Shown here piece after piece: positions 44,782 through 54,770 of a stretch of 64,000 bases of DNA; within the stretch, counting starts at the first letter, position 1; every line of letters starts with the position of its first letter. Made by a program: the position numbers and the translations under genes. The notes under the pieces were generated by a model. The model had not been told where the DNA came from. It saw only the letters and a list, made by a program, of their open reading frames with translations, and ran no database searches. This DNA is from Rhynchopus sp. YZ270_cl-10 (Eukaryota): NCBI GenBank assembly GCA_964035575.1, contig OZ037840.1, forward strand, positions 620,001 through 684,000, written 5' to 3'.

Positions 44782-45065
44782 TTTTCTTTTTTTACTGTAA
44801 AGGTAGCTCTCAGCTTGACTCCACCAACTTTCGGGAAAAAGTAGGGTGGACCCATTACATTTTTTTTTTTTGAAAATTTTGTTGTATTTTTTAATCGTTA
44901 CACCAGCAACAGTATTCACAGCAGAGATATACCGTGATAAGGGGTGTTATCGAATTTTTAATTTTTTTTTTGTTTCGCAAAAAAAAAAGATAACTTTTTT
45001 TGTCCCTTTTTTCCTTCTTCTTTTTATTGACGTGCAATTATTGACTCTTCACAAAATCCTGTTAC

Positions 45066-48000
45066 ATGTTCAAGACACATTTCTTTGGGGAGGCCAGAGG
45101 TGAGCAAGAGAACGAACGAGAGAGACTACCAAAGATCGAACCACCCCTCACCTCCTCCTCCTCCCCCTCTTCCTTCTTTTCCGATCACATCCATCCAAAA
45201 AATTCCCTTAATTTTACAACATCTACAGGTGGTGTGTAAGGGGGTGCAGGGAAACCATGCGCTATCTCGAGAGCCTGCTCTCCCTGGACGGCACGCTTGG
45301 GAAGAAGGAGCAGTCGCAGCGCACGCTGTTCTTGCTTTTCAGCATTTGCGGCTTTCTGTTCACTGCGGGTTATACGGGGTCTCATTTGGATGCGGTGGGG
45401 TCTATTGCAATGACTTTTGCGACGCAAACCCTTTTGCTTGTCACTTGCGTTTTTGGGATGGGGGTCATTCTGTGCCGCATCAGACTTACTACCACGATTG
45501 TCGTCACCGTGGCGTACCTCTTTGCGATGTGCTTCATTCTTGCAGACCTTCAGCTCCGTGTGTTCAATTTGTCGTTTTGGGGGCCAATGGTGTTAGTAGT
45601 GGACTTTATGCTTGTGATGCAGGTGCCGTCGAGGTACAGTGTTGGGCTTGTATGTGTTACGATATGTTGGCTTGTGTTCGTGGCAGTGGAGCAGCAGTTC
45701 AGGTTTGGTTTGTTTGACCTTCCCGGGATGGCACCGCAGGGCGGGAAGCATGGAAGAGAAGATCATTTTTGGAATATACACTGCGAAAAGCTTCCGTGCA
45801 GCGAAGACCCTACATTGCCATTTCTCCAGGCTACCAGTGTGTTTGTTGTGGACTTCCTCGCAACGAGAGGGTTTGCGCGTGATATTCTCAAGGAGCAGGC
45901 AACAATGGAGAGGACGATTAACGTGGTGCAGGAGATTGCGAGTCTGCTTGCCAAGTACGATGTGGAGGGTGTGGCGGAGATGCTGAAGGTGCAAAGGGAC
46001 GAGCTCCCAGAGGAGATGCACGCAACACTGCAGAGGATGGAGGAGAACCTGCGGAAGTACCGTCCCTACCTCCCCGCAGCGCTGTTTGAGGAGGAGGGTG
46101 GTGCGCCAAGCGCGTCTGTGCCGCCACCTGTGCTTGAGAACGACGTGGGAACGATTGTCTTTACAGACATCCGTTCGTCGACGTCGATCTGGGAGTGTGC
46201 GCCAGAAGGGATGCGTGCTGGGTTGAAGATCCACAACGCTGTGCTGCGTGAGGTGATGCAGGTGTTTGGTGGGTACGAAGTGAAGACAATCGGCGACGCC
46301 TTCATGGTTGCCTTCGCATCAACAGCTGACGGTGTGCACTTTGGCCTGAAGGTGCAGGAACGTCTTCGTGAAGCAAACTGGCCTGCGTCGCTGCTTGAGG
46401 AGGCACCGATCTGTGCTGAACAGGGCTCACTTTGGGGTGGACTGACTGTGCGCATTGGTGTCAACACCGGCCCTGTGACTGTGGAGCAGTGTTGTCTGAC
46501 GGGACGGACAGACTACTTTGGACCTACTGTGAACGTTGCGTCACGTCTTGAGAGCACATGCACACCAGGAGCTGTTGCTGTGCCTTGCGACCTGTGGACT
46601 TCTGTTTGTGGGTTGTGCACTGCTGTTGCTGGTGAAGCAGAGTCACTTAGCCTGAAGGGTGTGAGCGAGATGTTGTTTGTGCGTTGCTTGTGGCCTGTTT
46701 CACTTGCGGGACGTGAACGCAAATGTCTTGGTGAAATGGAGCTGTGGGCAGTAAGCAGAGATGATGGTGAGTCAATACTGATGGAGTCGTTGTCCGCGAC
46801 AAGCTCGATGTCGTGCTCTTCAGGAGGATCGTTCGCATTAGGACCACACCTGGGTCGTCAGGTGACCGGCACTGTCGGTGTTGTGGACATTGAAGTGGGT
46901 GACGAATCTGCCCTGAAAGCACTGCACACAATGAACGCAGGACTTGCAACACTCACGATTACACTGGACCAGAGCGGTGGGAGCCTGGTGACACTGCTTG
47001 GGAGCTGTGTGTGCGTTGGGTGGAACGTGACCCGTTCGGCACCTGCACACATGGAGAACGCAGTGCGGTTTGCACAACGGATGATGGCGAAGACTGCGTA
47101 CTTCAAGGGTGCTGGTGTTGTGAGTGGTCCTGTGCAGCACGGGGACATTGGCAGCCACAAACAACGCTTTGTGACAGTGTTGGGGCGCATTGTGCGACGG
47201 AGCTGGACGCTGTGTGAAGAAGCTGTACGTGAGGGGGGCACATGCCTTTACGAACCCGACAGCACAACACTGCCGTCTGCACTTGAAGACACTCTTGCAC
47301 AACACAAAGGTGGCTACAGAGTGGTTTGCGACAGCAGGGACACAGTGGACTAATCTGTTACCTCTTGCTTTGCATCATCAACAGGCTGCACAGTCTTTTC
47401 CAAGCCTCTGCAGATTCCCAAAAGACGTTTCCCGTGAATTAGCCTACTTTTCTTTTTACCAATAAGATACACCCATTTAACCCCCTCACAGCGCCTCCTT
47501 CCCTTCCCCTTTTACTACACTACGCAATTCCGGGCATTTGGGCACTCGTGGAGGAGGGTGTGCAGAAGGAAGCTGAGGCTTCCCCTGCACAGGACCCCTC
47601 GCAAGGTGATACGGAGGTCTCAGAATTCACTGGGGAGCCTTCATTGGAAGGGGCGGACGGAACGTCGACATCGAAGCTGCTCTCCGCAGAGCAGGTGGCA
47701 TGGGTGAGCCGTGCTGTGCCTATGGAACGGCGTGCACGTGTCTGGTCGAGGCTGTACGACTCCTCTGAGGACGGGCTGAGTCTCACAAACTTTGTGTTTA
47801 AAATCCGCCAGGTAAAGCATACGCTGATTATTGTCCGTGACACGGAGGGGCACGTCTTTGCTATGTACAATGGTGACAAATGGCTTGACCCGTCTGATCT
47901 CAAGGAGCACTTCGCGCGTAAGGCTGGTGGAGGTGGTGGCGGTGCCAGAGGCAAGCAGGATCAGAACTTCTACGGGGAAGGCAACTGTGCGCTGCTCGCT

Positions 48001-49215
48001 GTCGCGCCTACCCGCGAGGTCTTCCTTCCCACAAAGGCAGATGCGAACTACCTGCATCTTCAGACAGCATGGCCAGAGGCGGAACGGAACGGCGTCGCTA
48101 TGGGCGGATTGGTATGGAGGGGTGTTCAGCACACAATATCAGAAATTTATAATTTGTGCGTAAATTTAATATTTTCTTAGGCCAAACCCGTCTTAAATTC
48201 CTTAAAAGGTTCCCTGCATCGTGTAATTACAAAACAAGCTCCCCTTTCATCCTGAATCCGGGGGTGAGTTTGGGGGCGTTTTGGGGGGGGTGGGTGCTAC
48301 TTTTTTGTTGAGGTCCCAGTGTGGGGGCAGGTGCGCGGGAGGTTACCTTACTCGACACGTATCGTTGCTGATCATGTATTGCTTTCTTCATGGACTCCTT
48401 GTCGCCCTCACGCAGCCTCTTCGAGAAGGACTCCGCTTCCTCGTATTTCCATCTTGTATCAAAAGTGCGAACACTGGTTGCATGTCGAGCCGGTGGGTGC
48501 TGTCCCGACTCGTTCACCTGGTGTGCCCACTTGCACGCCTTGCACGTGATGGTGGTGTTGGAGGGCTGAGAGGTTGTTTTTTTTTTTAAGTGGGGGACTT
48601 CTCCACCCTGAGAATCTTGGCGGATCCAGCGTCCTCCACCTTTCTTCCTCATCATCTTCATTCTGCAAGCCTTCTTCACTGCATGCTTCCCCATATACCC
48701 AACACCGTTACGGCGTTAAGCCCTCCTGTCCCTTTGCCAAGGGCTACTCCAACAAGTTTGTAGCTACCACCATGCACGTCCCGTCCCCCCACCCCAGTCC
48801 AGCGGAAGGAAAAAAACTCAAAGAAAATAGGGTGAGTTTGGGGGCGTTTGGGGGCTATGTTGATTTTCCCGGGTTCAGGTGGTTCATTTACTCTCTCTTT
48901 ATTTCTTTTGTTTATTCTAAAACTCCCCTTTTGATTTACTCTACTTTGCAGCCTGGCTTCTTCGCAGTGCACCTCCACGCTGGTCTTGAAGAGGGCTCCT
49001 GCCGGGGTATGTCAGGACGTAGCTCCACCTTCAACAGCCCCTGTCTAGCGAGCACAGAGGACTTCAAGATAGACATGATAGAGGCCTGGGCATTGTCTGA
49101 CGAGGTGCTGCAGGCTGCCGAGTGCACAGACGTGGGTGTCATGGGCCGTGCTGAGACAAAGACTGACAAAATGATGCTCGAGCTCGTTGGTCGCGACTTC
49201 TATTCAGCAGAGTAA
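45066..49215 (+). CDS. TLDc-domain (Oxr1/NCOA7-family) protein, join(45066..45099,47492..48111,48952..49215), 305 aa
   Basis: TLDc motifs LYDSSEDGLSL, LIIVRDTEGHVFA, FYGEGNC, GVAMGG|...FAVHL and STFNSPCL...IEAW. The GT-AG intron 48112..48951 joins the frames (well supported). Exon 1 (AG|GTGAG donor, phase-compatible) is less certain. Confidence 0.8.
45257..47353 (+). CDS. Multi-pass membrane class III adenylate cyclase (698 aa)
   Basis: Several N-terminal hydrophobic helices. Catalytic motifs TIVFTDI, YEVKTIGDAFM, VRIGVNTG and DYFGPTVNVASRLE. A second, degenerate cyclase-like domain at the C-terminus. Confidence 0.93.
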   Translation: MRYLESLLSLDGTLGKKEQSQRTLFLLFSICGFLFTAGYTGSHLDAVGSIAMTFATQTLLLVTCVFGMGVILCRIRLTTTIVVTVAYLFAMCFILADLQLRVFNLSFWGPMVLVVDFMLVMQVPSRYSVGLVCVTICWLVFVAVEQQFRFGLFDLPGMAPQGGKHGREDHFWNIHCEKLPCSEDPTLPFLQATSVFVVDFLATRGFARDILKEQATMERTINVVQEIASLLAKYDVEGVAEMLKVQRDELPEEMHATLQRMEENLRKYRPYLPAALFEEEGGAPSASVPPPVLENDVGTIVFTDIRSSTSIWECAPEGMRAGLKIHNAVLREVMQVFGGYEVKTIGDAFMVAFASTADGVHFGLKVQERLREANWPASLLEEAPICAEQGSLWGGLTVRIGVNTGPVTVEQCCLTGRTDYFGPTVNVASRLESTCTPGAVAVPCDLWTSVCGLCTAVAGEAESLSLKGVSEMLFVRCLWPVSLAGRERKCLGEMELWAVSRDDGESILMESLSATSSMSCSSGGSFALGPHLGRQVTGTVGVVDIEVGDESALKALHTMNAGLATLTITLDQSGGSLVTLLGSCVCVGWNVTRSAPAHMENAVRFAQRMMAKTAYFKGAGVVSGPVQHGDIGSHKQRFVTVLGRIVRRSWTLCEEAVREGGTCLYEPDSTTLPSALEDTLAQHKGGYRVVCDSRDTVD
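48251..48879. mobile_element. Possible TIR element inside TLDc intron 2
   Basis: 12-bp TIR CCTGAAYCCGGG (11/12 match). Direct repeat GGGTGAGTTTGGGGGCGTTT near both ends. GC-richer cargo. No clear TSD. Confidence 0.45.
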
Positions 49216-49470
49216 AAAAGTAGAGAATTGATGTTCATGACCCCCCGCTATTTCGTAGATGGTAAATTGACAGACACGAATTTTGGTGTTATTGTGTAAT
49301 GAACGGTGGGGTGTTCGCACTTTTCAACTTCTCTTTTTATTTTTGGTTCGTGTCAAGCGAACCCGAACCCCTTTGCATGGTTTGCTGCGTTTTTGCGGTA
49401 TTGTCCCCTTTGTGTTCTGTTTCTCTTCAGGGATAAGTGTGAAAAAAAAAAAGGCATTTTTTTTTTTTAA

Positions 49471-50293
49471 TCTGAGTACCCCAGGGATTTTTCTAAATGT
49501 GGATTGGGATTGGGATTTCCGGAAAATAAAAAAATTCCCTGAAAAAAATTCCCTGTTTTTCCCTACAGCAATTTCAGGTACATTCTACCCCACCCCACCC
49601 CCAGAGAGTTTCGCCTGTGGGATGCGATCGATCAACGCGATCAAATAAAGCGAAAAAAGGGGGGAACAAAAAAATAAAAATCCCGGATTTTCGAGAAAAA
49701 AATTGGCTCTGCAGGCGGTTGCTGTAGTTGTGGGTGCGGATGTTCACGTCAGTTGCAGGCAAACGTCCAGCATCAGAGACATTTGAGGTTGTGCACAAGA
49801 AGAAGGAGAAGACGTGTCAATCGCATTCAATTATGAGGGTTGGAAGACGGAGGAGATCTCAGATGGTGCGTACCGTGGCTTCGCCAGGAACCTTTGGGTG
49901 CCTAATGACCGCCGTTTCTTTCATAAATGTACCGAGGTTACTGATAAGGCTGATACACTACGGCTTGTGGTTCACCCCTCCCCACCCGCCTTTTGTGCAT
50001 CAGAGGGAGAAAGCGCCACGCCTCCCTGCACTGGCAGGGAGTCGCGAGCGCGAAGCGCGCAGCGACCGCTTTACGGGGGGAAAGCTCGGGACCCCAAATC
50101 ACCCCCGTTTTGGCCAAAAGGGGTGATTGGTGAGTGACCTGTCGACATGTCGGGGGAAAAAATATTTTTTTCCACAAAAAGGTCAAAAAACGGCCCAAAA
50201 AATATACCAAAAAAAACAGGGAATTTTTTGGATTGGGATTTCGGAATTTGGCCAAAAAGGGACGGATTTAGAGATATCCTTGGAGTACCCTGA
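49471..50293. mobile_element. Decayed TIR element with coding-like cargo
   Basis: 28-bp imperfect TIR (49471..49498 / 50266..50293, 22/28 match) plus subterminal inverted AAAATTCCCTGTTTTT. No clear TSD. Confidence 0.5.
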
Positions 50294-50554
50294 ATGCTCG
50301 CTTTGGTTCTGTTGACAGCTCAGATCACCGCTCCGTCCAAAACCCCCATCCCCCTTACCCTCTCCATCCAATCCCAAACGCACAGCAAAACAGTACACAG
50401 TAACACCCCACCCTCTTCTCTGTGCTTCTTTCGCGTGTTGCTTGTTATTCGGAAGACCCCCCCCCCCCCCCCCCCCCCTCCCACGACAAAACAGTACAAA
50501 GCACCCAACCATCACCCTCTGCGGATGCACTGAAGCCACGTCATCCGAGACACG

Positions 50555-53283
50555 ATGACTTACAGTACCTCGCCCCACATGCTGCTGCCGGCAGAGCTAC
50601 GGGTATGTCCCCCCCCTGGCCTCCTATTAGAAACACAGTGTTCTTTAGTTCACCCTTTTTTCCCCCCCAATGATTTCGTGTTGTTTTGCCTTTTTTGAGG
50701 CATATTTTATGGAGCGGGAAAAAAAAGATCGGGTCTTTTTCAAAGCCGGGTGTCATAAAAAGGTGGAAAAAAAATGTGAACTGCAAAATGGTGGTATTAG
50801 TAAATCAAATGTGAATCAAACCGACAATTCCAAAAATGGTTTTGCTTTTCCGTTATGTTCAAAAGAAAGAAAGCGGCCCATGAAGGTGAAGGTGAAGGTG
50901 AAGGTGAAGGTGAAGGTGAAGGTGAAGGTGAAGGTGAAGGTGAAGGTGAAGGTGAAGGAAGCGATAGATACAGCAGAAAAATATCTGATTTTGATGCCAG
51001 GTTTGAGCCGCTGTGTTTTCCCCTGATCCATGTGTGTCCAAAAGACAGTACAGGTTGGAGATCTCTTACACCCCCTCACACCTCACAGGACCTCCCCTTC
51101 AAGGCTAGTCTGGAGACCTTTGTTTCCCCAACGGGCGCTGCTCAGATCGTACGCTACCTCTCGTCGCTGGCTAAGGTGTGTTTTGTCATTTGCTGTCTGT
51201 TTTTTTTTTTTTGTCGTTTTCCTGCTTACATGCATGGATTACAAAAGATCTTAATTAAGATATGAGCGAAAAACACCGTTTTTTAAAGATCTTAGTGTTT
51301 TCTTAAAATTAAGTAAGATCTTAGTGTTTTGTGTTGAATATCTTAGTTTTTTTTTGTTAAGATCTTAGTTTCCACCAAAAAAAACTAAGATCTTAAAAAC
51401 AAAACTAAGATCTTAAAAATAAAGTGGCTACGATCTTAGAAAAAAAAACTAAGATCTTAGAAAAAAAACTAAGATCTTAGTTTTTTGGTGTTTTTTTCCA
51501 CTAAGATCTTAGTGGAAAAAAAAAACTAAGAAGATATCAAAACCCCGCTCAAAAAAAATTTCCCCTTACTAAGATCTTTTGTTTTCCATGCAGGAGGGTA
51601 AAAAAAAAAATGCACGTCAGGATTGACTGCAACCTTTTACTCCTCTCTTTGTCCTGCACTGTCCTGAGAGCTATTTTTCAGGTCAATATATTTTTCCACA
51701 CAAGCCATGCACGCCACATAGGGGCCTATACAGGGTGTACCCATACAGAGAGAGAGAGAGAGAGAGAGAGTACCCATATTTGCTGCGTTGCGTTCTCTTT
51801 TTAGCTGCTAACAAAAAAACCCCCCCCCACTGCGCCGACAAATTTGCCGTTGCAACACACACCCGGCAACCATATGTACTTCGACCCTTCCCACAACACT
51901 ACGACACCACAACAACAGCACGTCGACTCCGAAGCCATTCTCTCCGGCGCTGCCCACGTGTCCGTCAGCGCCGTGCAGCCGAACCTGCCCCCCACTGACT
52001 ACGTATACGCGACAGGAGACCTACTCGGCACAGACACGGCTCTTCTCGGTGTCAAAGCTCATGAGTCTGGCCCCGTCGACGGCGTACGTACTACCGTAGT
52101 CGTGGTATGTGAGGGGGGTCATGGACACTGTGTGTTTTTTTGGAAAGGGCCTTTTCGAGATATCTCCAAGCTAGTATTAGTGATCGAAAAAAATTCTTTT
52201 TTTCTTTTCGTTTCCTTCGTCAGCTAAAAAAACTCAGACATCAGTTTTTATTTTGGTTGCAGTACGCACACCACCGATGTTACGTACCAACCGTTTGAGA
52301 CGCACTGCAAACTCTCTTATCAACACCGTACAGTCGATGCTTCCACAATACCGATTTTGGGATTAAGATGACACACCGAGGTTAGGCTCATCTACACTTT
52401 TTCATTCCCCCTCCTCGCCATTTCTCCTTTGCCACACCTCTCTCTCCCCCACCTTCCACAGCGCCACCTTCACGGGAAGGACTTCCGCGTTGAGATCTTC
52501 TACACCCTTGCGTCACGTATTGGAGTTGCTCATATGTATCCTCTGCCGCTTGGGACGTACGGTCTGGTGGGTACACACCAGCAGCATCATCACCCTGCGA
52601 CGTCGCCTCCTATGCAGCAGCGTGCGCCGCCTCAACGACGTTCTGTGTCACCTCGTGCGCAGGAGAGTGTTGCGGCGGATCTGCGTCTGCAGCAGCAGCA
52701 GCTTCATCTTCACAGAACGCCAGTTGCGGCGGCGGCTGCAGCTAGCATCAATGAGATGGCGCAGGCTACGATAGACCAGCACCGTGCCCCGTCTGCTCTC
52801 GACATCGCCGAGCGTGAGGAGCTCTACAGCCTCCGTGCTGAAGTCGCATCGCTGCGTGCTGCGCAGCGTGCGTGGGTGGTGGAGAGGGAGGCACTCCTTG
52901 CACGCAGCGCACAGCAGGGCTACCTTGCGCCGATTGCACCCCTCGCTCCAGCGGTGGGGCCGGTGTTGACGCACATCCCAGTGTCGCCTGCTGCGCCTAT
53001 CTCAAGAAGGCGTACACCTCCGCAGCAGCGGGGCGGGTCTTTGGAGGCAGGTATGCAGGGTGCCTTGGTGAGCCCGATGTTGGGTGGAGGAGGAGGCGGA
53101 GGAGGAGGCGGAGGTGGTGGGTACGTCCCGCAGCAGCGGTCGCCGTCCCCGGTCCCGCAAGTCCCGATCCCCATGCCAGCCTCCTCAGAATTCTCCTTCG
53201 TGCCAACCGATATGTCCTCCGGATTCGGCTGCCCGCCACCCGGGGTAGGGTCTTCTGTGAGCCCGGTCCGGGAGAGGTTGTAA
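50555..53283 (+). CDS. Hypothetical protein, join(50555..50602,51089..51175,51919..52104,52462..53283), 380 aa
   Basis: Three phase-0 GT-AG introns (GTATGT/GTGTGT donors, ...CACAG/CAACAG acceptors) give one open frame. Coiled-coil and Pro/Gly-rich C-terminal half. Confidence 0.75.
50881..50958 (+). repeat. (TGAAGG)13 microsatellite in intron
   Basis: 13 perfect hexamers. Confidence 0.97.
51229..51594. mobile_element. Foldback-like MITE in intron
   Basis: TIR TGCATGGAWWACAAAAGATCTTA at both ends. Interior made of about a dozen palindromic (C)TAAGATCTTA(G) units. Confidence 0.75.
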
Positions 53284-54770
53284 AGGAGGGGGGTGTTTTC
53301 TTGACCAAAGTGCTGATTGGGTTTGCAAACGTTTCTTTCTTTTTGTGTCCCAAAGAGGTTTCCTCTTCCCTTTTGCTTTATTGTAGGAGGGCGTGGCGCA
53401 GAAACTCATTGGTGTCTCAAAGTTTTGTTGGTACACCCCGGGTCATTGTACCAAAGGTACAGTGTTCACGAGCGGGCTGTTGTATTTCAAGTCAAGTTGG
53501 GTTTTTTTTCAGTAGAAGTGGTACCGTGCCTGCAAGGAGTGTACGGTATCAAATTCGTATTTTTAATTTTTGTTGAAGTGCTCTCTGGGGGTTCGATAAC
53601 CCGCGGAGAAACAGTGCCATGTGTCCACCGATGAACGGTGAGGCGTTTGCACTTTTCAACTTTTTGTTTTTAGCTGTGTGGGAGTTGTTTGTATTGATTT
53701 TATCGAAGAAAAAAAAAATGTATCTTTTTCTTATTTTTATTTTGTACAGCAACGAGGTACCCGTTCTTACCTGTCTTTACTTTTGGACCCTTTTTTTATT
53801 ATTCCTTTAGATTATTACCTGCAAAAAAAGTTGCTTTTCTTTCTTTTCTTTTTTCCTGAACCCAGGGTGACCGTTATGAGCCCCTCCCTCCCCCCTTTTT
53901 CGTGAAACAAAATTAGGCCAAATACAAAAATTGCCATTTTTTTTCCCGAGCTTTCGGTCTAGCGGAATAGAACTGTATGTACGACGATCCGACAACAACA
54001 AAAAAAAGGACTGAAAATTCCCCATCCCCTCCCCGAACTTCGTTTATTTATTGATATTGTTATGTCACTTCATGAAGGTAGGAAAATAGAAACAAAGCAT
54101 TTTGAGCGCACTTTGCGGTTCTGGGGGGACGAATCCGCGCTGCAGAGCCACCTCCTCACAAACAGGTCGAGGTGTGTGCGGTTTCACCACAACTCTCTCT
54201 CGCATGGGGTTTTTTATCGTTGTGATGAGTTGTTAAGTTTCTATTTTTTTCCCCACCAAAAAAAATATCGTGGTCTTTGACAGCTAGATTTGCCTTATAC
54301 AATGACTGTCAATCACTTTATGAAGCCCCCTTCCTTATGAATGAGCCCTCTTCCTCAATCCCGCCCTCTTATCCTCTTTACAGGCACACACCTCAATCCT
54401 CACCCTCTCTCTCTCTCTCTCTCTCTCTCCCCCCATTCTCCAAATTTTTCTTCTTTCATTTATCACAATATTTTAAGGTGACTAATCACGAGAGGCTTAG
54501 GGTCATCCTCTAAAACCTTTTCTTTGTTTTTTTTTTTTGAAACACTTCGAGGGTAATCTGCCCTCCCCACTTCCCCTCACTCTCTCCCTCCATTCCCCCT
54601 TTCCCCCCCCACACATTTTAGCACCGTTCCAAAACGTTTCTAATCCTACTTAATAGCGGTCCTTCTCCCCCCCTATGCTAAAAGTTAGTGTCCAGCGTTT
54701 CTGGTGACAACATTGTACCTGAAATTCTAGAATTTAACGTCTATTTTATCAAAAAAATAAAACCCCTCTT

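Noticed and set aside
49728..49936. First exon of the 50555..53283 gene
   Set aside because: The phase-compatible frame has a stop at 49784 and no ATG. A better exon with ATG and GTATGT donor exists at 50555..50602.
50881..50958. Telomeric repeat or (KV)n/(EG)n protein
   Set aside because: TGAAGG is not TTAGGG, and it lies inside a predicted intron.
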